Shown: one piece after another, positions 28,455 through 38,182 of the stretch
Numbering within the stretch: the first letter of the stretch is position 1
How the letters are laid out: each line of letters starts with the position of its first letter
Assembly (NCBI GenBank): GCA_046263195.1
Contig: JBHELG010000108.1
Span: 2,293 to 66,292, forward strand
Reading direction: 5' to 3'
DNA length: 64,000 bases
Source of the DNA: Nitriliruptorales bacterium
Lineage (GTDB): Bacteria; Actinomycetota; Nitriliruptoria; Nitriliruptorales; JAHWKO01
The notes under the pieces: generated by a model
Seen by the model: the letters and a program-made list of their open reading frames with translations, nothing else
The model's database searches: none
Told to the model about the DNA's origin: nothing
Made by a program: the position numbers and the translations under genes

Positions 28455-29554
28455 TGCGTCTTTCCGTCACAGATCGACCCAAGCTGGGGGAGGTAGATCT
28501 TGGCGAGCAATTCCCGTAGCGGGATCGGGCGTTCGCGGATGTGGCGGATGTCGTTCATGACGGGGGCGAGGGCACGCAGCAGGTCGCCGGTGGTGACCCC
28601 GGGATTGGGCGAGCAGGCGACCTCGGTCAGGTGGACGTGGGTCACGTGGCCGTGTGGTCCGAGCAGCTGGGACGCCCGCCGTGCGGCCACGCCTGAGGAG
28701 AAGGCGACCTCGACCTGCGGGCGGTCCCATTGGCGTCGCAACTCCTCGAGGTCTCCCTTGTAGCGGATGCGGCCCCGATCGAGCAGGGCGACGTGACTGT
28801 GCAGAGCCTCGATCTCCTCCAGTCGGTGAGAGCTGATGAGTGCCGCCAGCCGGTGCTCGTCAACGACTCTCATGATGAGCTGCAGCAGCTCGTAGGCGCC
28901 CACGGGATCCACCGCGGCGGTGGGTTCGTCGAGAATGAGCAACCGCGGGTGGGGCAGGAGGGCACGGGCCAGCTGGAGCCGGGCACGCATGCCGGAGGAC
29001 AGTGAGAACACCGAGCTGCGCTCACGTCCCGCGAGTCCGACCTCGTCGAGGATCTCGGGTATGCGCGCGCGCAGATCGTGACGGCTCAGGCCGTGCAATC
29101 GCCCGTGGAAGAAGAGGTTCTCCGCACAGGTGTGACGCATGAACAGGCTGCGATCCTCCGCCGGCATCCAACCGATGAGGCGGCGTACCGCCTCCGACTG
29201 GCTGGACGCGTCGAGACCGAAGACGGCAGCGCTGCCCGTCGAGGGGGTGGTCAGTCCGATGAGGATGCGGAAGAGCGTCGTCTTGCCGGCGCCGTTGGGG
29301 CCGACGATCGCGTAGATCTCACCGGGGTAGACGTCGAGGTCGACGTCCGCGAGGGCGACGATGGGCTCGCGGATGTTGGACCGCACGAGAAAGCGCATCC
29401 AGGTGGGTGAGGGCTCATAGACCTTGCCGAGCTGACGCAGCGAGACGATTGACTGTCCCTCGACAGCTCGAACTGCCCCCGGAACCTCCTCCAACGGCGT
29501 GATCGTCGACGTGGGCACCGGAACCCCGCGCTCACGTGCGAGTTTCCTCCTCAT
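28451..29554 (-). CDS. ABC transporter ATP-binding protein (Wzt/TagH-like)
   Basis: In ORF 28451..29704(-). ATG 29554 preferred. Walker A GPNGAGKTT, signature LSSGMRARLQLARA, Walker B LILDEPTAAVD. An extra C-terminal domain is present. Confidence 0.8.
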   Translation of the reverse strand: MRRKLARERGVPVPTSTITPLEEVPGAVRAVEGQSIVSLRQLGKVYEPSPTWMRFLVRSNIREPIVALADVDLDVYPGEIYAIVGPNGAGKTTLFRILIGLTTPSTGSAAVFGLDASSQSEAVRRLIGWMPAEDRSLFMRHTCAENLFFHGRLHGLSRHDLRARIPEILDEVGLAGRERSSVFSLSSGMRARLQLARALLPHPRLLILDEPTAAVDPVGAYELLQLIMRVVDEHRLAALISSHRLEEIEALHSHVALLDRGRIRYKGDLEELRRQWDRPQVEVAFSSGVAARRASQLLGPHGHVTHVHLTEVACSPNPGVTTGDLLRALAPVMNDIRHIRERPIPLRELLAKIYLPQLGSICDGKTQ

Positions 29555-30069
29555 GTCCGCGGTCGCTCCCTCGCATCGACTGGACGCCGGCAGGGACTTC
29601 CCATCCCCGCGTGGGTCCGGATCCTTCCTGAACTGGTCCCCGAAGAGGTCACTGAAGACGAACCACAGAGGAGGTGTTCGCGGTCTCCGGGTGGGGGGAG
29701 GCAACGCGGGTGGGTCGCCTCGAGGATGCAGTGGGCGGCAGGTGGCTGCAGCGGCAGCGAGGCGGCGAGATGGCGCCCGTCGCTTCCCGCGCAGTGTTCA
29801 CCAGGATTCCCATCACCTACGCCCCCGGACGGGGCCCGAAACCAGGGTGGCCCAGGCGTCCTCTACCCCTTGCCACTGGGGATGACCGTGCACGCACAGC
29901 GTCTGGACGATTGCACAGAGCGAGTATCGGCCTTGTGGAAGGGATCGGCAACCCCTAGCTGGAATCAAGCCGTAACATGCAGCTACCTTCCGTCGGCGCC
30001 AGCCGGCCACGAGCCGGCAGTTGTGCGCCACCGGCTGCCGGACCGTCGTCTGGCTCGAGGAGCAGCGGC

Positions 30070-31158
30070 TTGGGAGACGCGGACATCCTCCAGGTCGTAA
30101 CCGACACCGACCCTCGCGGCGCGCAGGTCTTCGGCGTTGATCTCCACGAGGCGCTGGCGGGGCGCGGTCAGACCGTGAGGACCGTAGCTCTGGCACCAGG
30201 CCGCCACGGAGACCTACTCGACCTGCCGGTGCTGGCGCGTTCGTGGCCCAGCCGAGAAGTGCTGTCGGCGTTGCGTCGTGAGATGGCGAGGGCTCGAGTC
30301 GTCGTGGCTCACGGCTCGTCGACCCTGCCCGCTTGTGCCATCGCCGGGATGGGGCGGGGCGCCCCCTTCGTGTACCGCCAGATTTCCGACTCTCTTTTCT
30401 GGGCCGACAGCGCCGCCCGCCGACTGCGCGTCCGGCTCTTCCTGCGGCGAGCCTCCCGAGTCGTGGCGCTGTGGTCGGGCTCGGCGAGGGTGCTGAGCGA
30501 GCGCTTCGGCGTCGACTCCCGTCTCATCGACATCATCCCCAACGGCGTGCCGGCCAGTCGCTGCCCACGGATCGATCCCTCTGGAAGGCCCGCCGCCCGC
30601 AGCCGATTCGGGCTTCGTCCCTTCACTCCGACGCTGCTCTACATCGGTGCGCTCGTGCCCGAGAAGGGGGTCGACGCAGCCATACGTGCGCTTGCGGGCT
30701 GTGAAGAATGCCAGCTGCTCACCGTCGGTGGCGGCCCCGAATTGGAGAGGCTACGGGCCTTGGCGGATGCCGTCGCGCCCGGTCGGGTCGTCTTCGCTGG
30801 GCCACTGGACAATCCGGCCGACGCCTTCGCCGCGGCCGACATCGTCGTGCTGCCCAGCCGTGGTGGTGACAGCATGCCTGCGGTCCTCATCGAGGCGGGC
30901 CTGAGCGGGCTGCCTGCGGTATCGACGACCGTCGGCGCCATTCCCGAAATCGTGCAAGCGGGGGTGACCGGAGAGATCGTGGCACCGGACGACGAGTCGC
31001 AGCTGGTAGCGGCGATCCGGCGGGCGCTCGGCCGCGCGGAGCGCTACGGGCTGGCAGCGCGGCGGCACTGCCTCGAGCATTTCGAGATAGGCACCGTTGC
31101 GGGGCAGTGGGACCGTCTGCTCACGAGCCTTCTCCCGGCCGCTGTCCCCGGAGCTTGA
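30070..31158 (+). CDS. Family 4 (GT-B) glycosyltransferase
   Basis: In ORF 29977..31158. TTG 30070 lies 7 nt after GAGGAG and gives (M)GDADILQVVTDTDPRGAQ, a typical GT4 N-terminus; ATG 29977 is the alternative. C-terminal EX7E-like region SRGGDSMPAVLIEAGLSGLPAVST. Confidence 0.7.
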   Translation: MGDADILQVVTDTDPRGAQVFGVDLHEALAGRGQTVRTVALAPGRHGDLLDLPVLARSWPSREVLSALRREMARARVVVAHGSSTLPACAIAGMGRGAPFVYRQISDSLFWADSAARRLRVRLFLRRASRVVALWSGSARVLSERFGVDSRLIDIIPNGVPASRCPRIDPSGRPAARSRFGLRPFTPTLLYIGALVPEKGVDAAIRALAGCEECQLLTVGGGPELERLRALADAVAPGRVVFAGPLDNPADAFAAADIVVLPSRGGDSMPAVLIEAGLSGLPAVSTTVGAIPEIVQAGVTGEIVAPDDESQLVAAIRRALGRAERYGLAARRHCLEHFEIGTVAGQWDRLLTSLLPAAVPGA

Positions 31159-31270
31159 CGAGCCGCTCGCCCGTGCTTCACCCCGCGCATACGGCCGGTG
31201 CAGGCGGAGTGGACGCCGTCGAAGGGATCTGGCACTCTGCGCGCTGAACGCACGCGTTCAGGGAGCAGAT

Positions 31271-31436
31271 ATGACCTGCGATCGCGTCCGGCAGCAGACG
31301 TTGGAGAGCGGCGGCAACGTCCGTCGCACCTCAGCGTTGGGTTCCCGACGCATAGCTCCCACCACCAGCACCACCATCATCATCGCCTGTCTCCCGTAGC
31401 CCGACTGACGCACCGGGCTGCGGGAGCGGCCCGGTG
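31271..31436 (+). promoter_or_regulatory. cimA leader: Thr/Ile-rich leader peptide ORF (31271..31399) and two mutually exclusive hairpins
   Basis: ATG 31271 lies 5 nt after GGGAG. The 42-codon ORF ends ...RRIAPTTSTTIIIACLP-TAG. Hairpin A is 31391-31403/31414-31426 (13 bp, and contains the leader stop codon). Hairpin B is 31411-31418/31429-31436 (8 bp). The two share bases 31414-31418. Confidence 0.5.
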
Positions 31437-31486
31437 AAGATCCGGCGCCTCGCCCGCACCCGGTGTCAAACCGAGAGGACGACCCG

Positions 31487-33100
31487 GTGAGCGAGCAGGA
31501 CCAACTCGGCCGCATGGGGCCGCGATTTGCCCTCTACGACACCACCCTGCGTGACGGCACCCAGCGCAGAGGTGTCAACCTCACGGTGGACGACAAGCTG
31601 AAGGTCGCTCGGCAGATTGACGAGCTGGGCGTTCACTTCATCGAGGGTGGTTGGCCGGGTGCGAACCCGAAGGACACCGAGTTCTTCCGCCGCGCAGCCG
31701 AGGGCGACCTGGTCCTGAGGCACGCGACGCTGACAGCCTTCGGTGCCACCCGGAACGTGCGCAAGAGGGCCGAGGACGACCCCTTGCTCCGGGCGCTGCT
31801 CGACGCTGGCACGCCGGTCGTGTGTATCGTGGGGAAGTCCTGGGGCTATCACGTCGAGGGAGCTCTTGGGGTTTCTCTCGAGCAGAACCTGGCGATGGTC
31901 GCCGAGACCGTCGCCTTCCTGACATCGGCCGGGCGCCGCGTCTTCTTCGACGCCGAGCACTTCTTCGACGGCTATGCGCGCGACCGCGCCTACACGCGGG
32001 ACGTCGCCCTGGTGGCGGCCGAGGCCGGCGCCGAGTGCGTCGTCCTCTGTGACACGAACGGTGGCGCGATGCCCTGGGCCGTGCAGCCGGCGGTGGCGGA
32101 CATGGTCACCATGCTTCCCTGTGAAGTTGGAACGCACTTCCACGACGACGGTGGCTGTGCCGTCGCAAACTCGCTCATCAGTGTCGAGGCAGGAGCGGTT
32201 CACGTGCAGGGGACGGCGAACGGGCTGGGTGAACGCTGCGGCAACGCCAACCTGTTCACCGTCCTCGCTGACCTCCAACTCAAGCGTGGCCTCGAGCTGG
32301 TGCCGCCCGAGCGGCTCGTCCGCATGACGACCGTGGCCCACGCGGTGGCCGAGCTCTGCAACCAGGCCCCCCCGATGGGACAGCCCTACGTCGGGTCAGG
32401 CGCCTTCGCGCACAAAGCCGGCCTGCACGTCTCGGCGCTCGCGAAAGCCGCCGACATGTACCAGCACGTTGACCCGTCTCTCGTCGGCAACCACCAGCAC
32501 CTCGTCGTCAGCGAACTGGCCGGACGGGCCACCATCGCGCTCAAGGCCCGGGCGCTCGGCCTCGAGCTGGACGACGCAACCTCCACCCGCGTGCTGGAGG
32601 AGGTCAAGCGACGGGAACATCTCGGCTGGAGCTACGACGCGGCAGACGCATCCTTCGCGCTCCTATTGCTGCGCCTGACCGGACGGCTGGGCGAGGAGCC
32701 GTTCCGTCTGCAGCATTTCCGGGTGACGGTCGGAGGGGGCGGGGCCGGCTCCAACTCGGAGGCGGTCGTGGCGGTCGAGATCGAAGGTCAGCGCAGGCTC
32801 GGCGCCGGAGAAGGCAATGGTCCTGTTGACGCACTCGACCACGCCTTCCGCAACGCCGCCAACGGGACCTGGCCCGATCTCGACCGCGTCCAGCTCGCCG
32901 ACTACAAGGTCCGCATCCTCGAAGCATCCCACGGCACCGACGCCGTCACCCGGGTGCTCGTGACCACCACGGATGGGAAGGAAACCTGGGACACGGTAGG
33001 CGTCCACCCGAACATCGTGGAAGCTTCCTGGATGGCGCTTGCTGACGCGTACGCTTGGGCGCTCGCACGCGAATCGTGGCCGGGACGAGAGCTCCAGTAG
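31487..33100 (+). CDS. cimA: (R)-citramalate synthase (LeuA-family, TIGR00977-like)
   Basis: In ORF 31463..33100. GTG 31487 lies 7 nt after GAGAGGA; alternatives are GTG 31463 and ATG 31514. Motifs YDTTLRDGTQRRGVNLTVDDKLKVARQIDELGVHFIEGGWPGANPKD and HFHDDGGCAVANS, plus a C-terminal LeuA-type regulatory domain. Confidence 0.85.
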   Translation: MSEQDQLGRMGPRFALYDTTLRDGTQRRGVNLTVDDKLKVARQIDELGVHFIEGGWPGANPKDTEFFRRAAEGDLVLRHATLTAFGATRNVRKRAEDDPLLRALLDAGTPVVCIVGKSWGYHVEGALGVSLEQNLAMVAETVAFLTSAGRRVFFDAEHFFDGYARDRAYTRDVALVAAEAGAECVVLCDTNGGAMPWAVQPAVADMVTMLPCEVGTHFHDDGGCAVANSLISVEAGAVHVQGTANGLGERCGNANLFTVLADLQLKRGLELVPPERLVRMTTVAHAVAELCNQAPPMGQPYVGSGAFAHKAGLHVSALAKAADMYQHVDPSLVGNHQHLVVSELAGRATIALKARALGLELDDATSTRVLEEVKRREHLGWSYDAADASFALLLLRLTGRLGEEPFRLQHFRVTVGGGGAGSNSEAVVAVEIEGQRRLGAGEGNGPVDALDHAFRNAANGTWPDLDRVQLADYKVRILEASHGTDAVTRVLVTTTDGKETWDTVGVHPNIVEASWMALADAYAWALARESWPGRELQ

Positions 33101-33156
33101 GGGCCAATGCCGGGTCGGCGCGCAGCGCCGGGAGGGCGGACCTGGAGGGAGCTCCC

Positions 33157-33927
33157 GTGGCACTCGTCATCCGCTTCTCCGAGCCAACTTCGTCCCAGCC
33201 TGCGTACGGGGTCGTTGAGGACGGCAAGGTCGCGGTCATCGAGCCCCACCCCTTCACCCCCTACCGGCCCACTGGGGACGCGGTGCCCTTGGAGAAGGTG
33301 CGGCTGCTCGCTCCTGTCATCCCCAGCAAGGTCGTCTGTGTCGGGCGCAACTACCGTGACCACGCGCTGGAGCTGGGCGGGCAGATCCCCGACGAGCCTC
33401 TCATCTTCCTCAAGCCGTCGACCGCCGTGATCGGGCCCTACGACCCCATCCGCTACCCGACGCAGCTCACGAGCGAGGTGCATTACGAGGGCGAGCTCGC
33501 CGTCGTGATCGGACGGCTCGTCTACCAGGTCAGTCCTGAGCAAGCGCTTGGCGCCGTCTACGGCTTCACTTGCGGCAATGACGTCACCGCCCGCGACCTG
33601 CAGCGGAAGGATGGGCAGTGGACGCGCGCCAAGGGCTTCGACACCTTCTGTCCTCTGGGGCCTGCCATATCCACCGATTTCGATCCGAACGGGGCGCGCG
33701 TGCGGACCTACGTGAACGGTGAGCTCCGCCAGGATGCTTCGACCTCCGACATGGCCTTCGACGTTGCAGCCGTCGTGTCACACGTGTCCCAGATCATGAC
33801 GCTCCTGCCCGGCGACGTCGTCCTGACGGGCACCCCGGCGGGTGTCGGGCCGATCGAGGTGGGTCAGACGGTACGCGTCGAGATCGAGGGCATCGGGGTG
33901 CTCGAGAATCCCGTGTCGATGCGCTAG
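33157..33927 (+). CDS. Fumarylacetoacetate hydrolase (FAH) family protein
   Basis: In ORF 33055..33927. GTG 33157 lies 6 nt after GGAGGGA. Motifs KVVCVGRNYRDHALE, YEGELAVVIG, GTPAGVG. Confidence 0.8.
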   Translation: MALVIRFSEPTSSQPAYGVVEDGKVAVIEPHPFTPYRPTGDAVPLEKVRLLAPVIPSKVVCVGRNYRDHALELGGQIPDEPLIFLKPSTAVIGPYDPIRYPTQLTSEVHYEGELAVVIGRLVYQVSPEQALGAVYGFTCGNDVTARDLQRKDGQWTRAKGFDTFCPLGPAISTDFDPNGARVRTYVNGELRQDASTSDMAFDVAAVVSHVSQIMTLLPGDVVLTGTPAGVGPIEVGQTVRVEIEGIGVLENPVSMR

Positions 33928-34015
33928 GAGACATCAGGGGCCGTAGCGGGGGGGCCGATCCGGCCGGGTCGGAGTGCACCCACTACCGTGCGCATGACAA
34001 ATGAGGAGGTGGCGC

Positions 34016-34243
34016 GTGAGCGACAGCAACATCTACAAGAAGATCCAGCTCGTGGGCTCGAGCGAGCACGGCATCGACGACGCGATCCGACGAGCGATCG
34101 AGCGGGCGTCCCAGACCATGCGCAACCTCGACTGGTTCGAGATGAAGGAGGTGCGCGGCTGGATACAGGACGGGCAGCCGAAGCATTTCCAAGTCGTCCT
34201 CGAGGTCGGGTTCCGGCTCGAAGAAGGCGAGTCGGTTTCCTAG
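34016..34243 (+). CDS. Dodecin-family flavin-binding protein
   Basis: In ORF 34001..34243. GTG 34016 sits behind AGGAGG. The 75-aa product reads SDSNIYKKIQLVGSSEHGIDDAIRRAIERASQTMRNLDWFEMKEVRG, which matches the dodecin pattern as I recall it. Confidence 0.75.
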   Translation: MSDSNIYKKIQLVGSSEHGIDDAIRRAIERASQTMRNLDWFEMKEVRGWIQDGQPKHFQVVLEVGFRLEEGESVS

Positions 34244-34284
34244 CCGCGCCCCACGGGCGGCGCTGAGTCACGAACGGGGATGCC

Positions 34285-35739
34285 GTGTCCGAGGCTGACG
34301 TCGTTCCGAACGTGCTCGCCTCACGCTATGCCAGTCCGGAGATACGAGACATCTGGTCTCCCCGCGCGCGCGTCGTGCTCGAGCGCCGCTTCTGGCTGGC
34401 AGTTCTGCAAGCGCAGCGAGACTTGGGCGTCGAGGTCTCCGTCGAGGTCATCGAGGCCTACGAAGCAGCAATCGAGGACGTCGACCTCGCCGCCATCGAG
34501 ATGCGTGAGCGCCAAACCCGTCACGACGTAAAGGCACGTATCGACGAGTTTGCGTCACGCGCCGGAAACTACCTGGGAGGGGACCGGCCAGAACACATCC
34601 ACAAGGCCCTGACCTCGCGCGACCTGACCGACAACGTCGAGCAGATCCAGATCCGCCGTTCCCTCGAGCTGGTCCGCGATCGGATCGTCGCCGGACTGGC
34701 CCGGCTCGCAGAGCGAGCCGCCGAGCACGAGCTGACACCCGTGGTCGGACGCACCCATAATGTGCCGGCCCAGGTCACAACAGTCGGCAAGCGCTTCTCG
34801 AACGCCGGCCAGGAACTGCTCGCCGCGCTCCGACGCCTCGAGGAGCTGCTCTCGCACTATCCCCTGCGTGGCCTGAAGGGGCCGGTTGGCACCCAGCAGG
34901 ACCTGCTCGATCTCGTCGGCGGGGACGCGGAAAGGCTCGAGGACCTGGAAGTGGCGATCGCTCGCCAATTCGGCTTCTCGGAGGTGCTCGTCAGCGTCGG
35001 CCAGGTCTATCCGCGCTCGCTCGACCTGGACGTGCTGGCAGCACTCACCCAAGCGGCGTCAGGGCCGGCCAATCTGGCGACAAGCCTCCGCCTCATGGCG
35101 GGCCACGAACTCGTCAGCGAGGGCTTCACCGCGTCGCAGGTCGGCTCGTCTGCGATGCCCCACAAGATGAACCCCCGCTCCTGCGAGCGCATCAGCGGAT
35201 TCCGCACCGTGCTGTCCGGCTACCTGGCGATGGTCGTCGGCCTGGCTGGCGAGCAGTGGAACGAGGGCGACGTCTCCTGCTCGGTCGTGCGGCGGGTGGC
35301 CCTGCCCGATGCCTTCTTCGCCATGGACGGACTGCTCGAGACCTTTCTCACGGTGCTGGACGAGCTGGCCGTCCACCCCTCGGTCGCCGAGCGTGAGCTG
35401 CGCCGCTATCTGCCCTTTCTGCTCACGGCGAAGGTGCTCGTCGCTTCGATCCGCAAGGGGGTTGGCCGCGAGCAGGCACACGCTGCCATCCGCGAGCATG
35501 CGGTCGCAGTGGCCCGAGAGCTGCGCGCGGGGCGGCTCGAGGACAACGACCTGCTCGCCCGTCTCGCCGCTGACGATCGGGTGCCGCTCGGGGCCGACGA
35601 GCTCACCGATCTCGTCGAGCGGCCACTGGACCTGGTGGGCACGGCTCGGAGACAGGTCGCGGTGTTCGTCTCCGCCGTCGAGCAGATCGCGAAGGAGCAT
35701 TCGCAGGCCGCCGCCTACACGCCCAGCTCGATTCTCTAG
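34285..35739 (+). CDS. purB: Adenylosuccinate lyase
   Basis: ORF 34285..35739(+). Lyase_1 signature GSSAMPHKMNP; N-terminus LASRYASPEIRDIWS. Confidence 0.9.
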   Translation: MSEADVVPNVLASRYASPEIRDIWSPRARVVLERRFWLAVLQAQRDLGVEVSVEVIEAYEAAIEDVDLAAIEMRERQTRHDVKARIDEFASRAGNYLGGDRPEHIHKALTSRDLTDNVEQIQIRRSLELVRDRIVAGLARLAERAAEHELTPVVGRTHNVPAQVTTVGKRFSNAGQELLAALRRLEELLSHYPLRGLKGPVGTQQDLLDLVGGDAERLEDLEVAIARQFGFSEVLVSVGQVYPRSLDLDVLAALTQAASGPANLATSLRLMAGHELVSEGFTASQVGSSAMPHKMNPRSCERISGFRTVLSGYLAMVVGLAGEQWNEGDVSCSVVRRVALPDAFFAMDGLLETFLTVLDELAVHPSVAERELRRYLPFLLTAKVLVASIRKGVGREQAHAAIREHAVAVARELRAGRLEDNDLLARLAADDRVPLGADELTDLVERPLDLVGTARRQVAVFVSAVEQIAKEHSQAAAYTPSSIL

Positions 35740-35751
35740 CAGCACTGCGGG

Positions 35752-36165
35752 CTAGAAGGCGACCTTCTCGGGGGCATGACGGGCGAGGGCGGTCCTGAAG
35801 TCGTCCCGGGTCCGCGCTCCCCGGACCCGAATGAGAAGGACATGCTCCCGCTCGTCCACGGCGACGATCGCATGGAGGGTGCGTCGGTCCGCGCCGGGCT
35901 CGACCCGGGCGACCTGGTCCCACCTGTAGATCTCGCCCCTCAGATGGAGGCCCACGCTCGAGAAGGGCAGTGGACCGTCGAAGCCGATGGCGGGGAGGTT
36001 TGCGAATGCTGTGAAGGCGGCCAGAGTGACCGTGATGGGCAGCCACAGCGAGTGCCAGAACGCCGTGGCGAGAAAGACCGCGCTGCCCGTCGCAACCCAC
36101 GAGCCCCAACGGGTCCAGGTCGGCAGCGCGGCAGAAGCCGCGAGGATTCGGTCCATGAGGGTCAC
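35752..36165 (-). CDS. Hypothetical membrane protein (two N-terminal TM helices, PH-like C-terminus)
   Basis: ORF 35752..36165(-), 137 aa. Hydrophobic segments WGSWVATGSAVFLATAFW and LPITVTLAAFTAFANL. No family recognised. Confidence 0.5.
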   Translation of the reverse strand: MTLMDRILAASAALPTWTRWGSWVATGSAVFLATAFWHSLWLPITVTLAAFTAFANLPAIGFDGPLPFSSVGLHLRGEIYRWDQVARVEPGADRRTLHAIVAVDEREHVLLIRVRGARTRDDFRTALARHAPEKVAF

Positions 36166-36224
36166 CTGTCTGACCCGGGTAGCATATCGACGGCTCCCCG
36201 CCCTCCCTTCTCCCGGAGCTAGCC

Positions 36225-37766
36225 GTGTCCGATTCCACTCCCGTGCCGCGCGTGCGACTGGCTCCGGCTCCTAGTGGGTTCCTTCACGTCGGCAGTGTCC
36301 GCACCGCCTTGTACAACTGGCTCCATGCCCGCCGGCATGGCGGACGGTTCATCCTCCGCATCGAGGACACCGATGTCGCGCGCGCCTCCGATGCGTCGAT
36401 GCACGCGATGATCGCGGCCTTGCGCTGGATCGGACTGGAGTGGGACGAGGGACCCGAGGTCGGGGGCCCCTACGGCCCCTACCGGCAATCGGATCGCGGT
36501 CCCTTCTACGGAGCGGTCATCCGACGGCTGCTGATCGCCGGGGTCGCCTACGAGGATTACGCGAGTCAGGAAGAGCTGGCCGGCTACCGCGAAGCACAAC
36601 GGGCCGCCGGTCGGCCCCCCATCGTGAAGGGAGCTTTGCGGGGGACGCCACGGCCGGGAGAGGAGACCGCCCCGTCGATTCGGGTCCGTACTCCCGTCGC
36701 GGGGGAAATTCTCGTCGACGACCTCGTACGCGGGGAGGTGAGGTTCGACTGGGCGAACATCGGGGACTTCGTCGTCCAGCGTGCCGACGGCACGGCCACC
36801 TACCCTCTGGCGAACACGGCGGATGACATAGCCCAGGGCATGACGCTCATCTGTCGGGGCGAGGACCTCCTGTCGGTGACTCCGCGTCAGCTGCTGCTCT
36901 ACGATGAGCTGACCAGGGACGGTCTCATCGACGCGGCGCTGGCAGAGGCGGGCCTACCGCCGCGTGACCCTCGCTGGCGGCCACCCCAGGCCTTCGCGCA
37001 TCTTCCACTCATAGTGGGGGAGGACCGCAAGCCGCTGTCGAAGCGGCACGGCGCCGTAGCCGTCGAGGAGTTCGCTGCGCAGGGCTACCTGCCGGAGGTC
37101 CTACTCAACTATCTTGCTCTGCTCGGCTGGTCGCCCGGTGATGGGCGCGAGCGGATGCGCCTCGACGAGCTGATCGAGGCCTTCGATATCTCAGCCGTGG
37201 GTCGCACCCCAGCAGCCTTCGACCCCGGCAAACTCACCGCGTTCAACGGCGAGCGCATACGCGAGTTGGGCGGAGACGAACTCGTCGACCGGCTCGTGCC
37301 CTACCTCGAGGGCACGTACGGGGAGGCATTCATCTCGAGCCCGCCCGGTGAGGCCGAACTCGGCATGCTGCGGAGGCTCGTACCTCTCGTCCAGGAGCGC
37401 ATGGAGCGGCTCGACGAGGTGCAACGCTATGCCGGATTCGTGTTCCGGCGGGAGATCGAGCTCGACCCGAGGGCTGTCGACAAGGTGCTGGGGACGCCCG
37501 AGGCGGTCGAAGCGCTCGAAGCGGCGGCCGAGGTTCTCGCTTCCCTGGGGGAATGGACCACCGCTTCCATCGAACGGGTCCTGCGTGCACTGCCAGAACG
37601 CCTCGGAATCGGACCCCGCAGGGCCTTTCAGCCGATCCGGGTGGCAGTGACCGGATCGACCGTCTCCCCGCCGCTGTTCGAGTCGCTCAGTCTCCTTCCG
37701 CGTGAGTGGGTACTGGAGCGGATCCATGCGGCCATCCCGATCGCGGAGAAGGCAACTCAGAGCTAG
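36225..37766 (+). CDS. gltX: Glutamate--tRNA ligase
   Basis: ORF 36225..37766(+). GTG sits behind GGAG. Motifs RLAPAPSGFLHVGSVRTALYNW (HIGH region), ILRIEDTD, PLSKRHG (KMSKS region). Confidence 0.9.
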   Translation: MSDSTPVPRVRLAPAPSGFLHVGSVRTALYNWLHARRHGGRFILRIEDTDVARASDASMHAMIAALRWIGLEWDEGPEVGGPYGPYRQSDRGPFYGAVIRRLLIAGVAYEDYASQEELAGYREAQRAAGRPPIVKGALRGTPRPGEETAPSIRVRTPVAGEILVDDLVRGEVRFDWANIGDFVVQRADGTATYPLANTADDIAQGMTLICRGEDLLSVTPRQLLLYDELTRDGLIDAALAEAGLPPRDPRWRPPQAFAHLPLIVGEDRKPLSKRHGAVAVEEFAAQGYLPEVLLNYLALLGWSPGDGRERMRLDELIEAFDISAVGRTPAAFDPGKLTAFNGERIRELGGDELVDRLVPYLEGTYGEAFISSPPGEAELGMLRRLVPLVQERMERLDEVQRYAGFVFRREIELDPRAVDKVLGTPEAVEALEAAAEVLASLGEWTTASIERVLRALPERLGIGPRRAFQPIRVAVTGSTVSPPLFESLSLLPREWVLERIHAAIPIAEKATQS

Positions 37767-37816
37767 CACTCGCAGGGGCTCACAGGCTCGCGGCGAGCAC
37801 TCCTCGCAGCGTCCGC

Positions 37817-38014
37817 TCAACTCTCGTCTTCGTCCTGGTTCTTGTCGATCTCGGGGCGGATCTCTTCGATGTCGATCTCGGAAGGCACGTCCTCGGCGGG
37901 TTGTCGCTGGCTGGTCTCCGGCTCTTCGCCGACGCCCGTCTCCTGCTCCGCCCCGGAGGATTCTTCCTCCGCCGCTCCTGGGGAAGCCTTCGCGGCGCGG
38001 TCGGTGTCCGACAT
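37817..38014 (-). CDS. Small, very acidic hypothetical protein (65 aa)
   Basis: ORF 37817..38014(-). ATG lies 4 nt after AGGAGAG. G/C-rich third positions. About a third of the residues are Asp/Glu. No family recognised. Confidence 0.45.
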   Translation of the reverse strand: MSDTDRAAKASPGAAEEESSGAEQETGVGEEPETSQRQPAEDVPSEIDIEEIRPEIDKNQDEDES

Positions 38015-38182
38015 ACGACTCTCCTGCTGACGCGACCCGGCGGCGACGGTCAGACCCGGTCCGGCGTTTCGGGGACCGGGGGAGTGCCCTCGAAGGGTAA
38101 GAGACCGTAACCGCTGCAGAGGCAGGCTGACCAGTGCACCGCCTGGCGGCCGAGGAGTGGGGTTGTTACCCTGACCCCGCCT

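Noticed and set aside
31349-31384. An alternative reading frame of the cimA leader encodes HHQHHHHH, resembling a histidine-operon leader
   Set aside because: That frame (ORF 31198..31437) has no start codon or Shine-Dalgarno near the His run, and the downstream gene is citramalate synthase, not a his gene. The Thr/Ile frame has ATG 31271 with a GGGAG SD and fits the downstream function.
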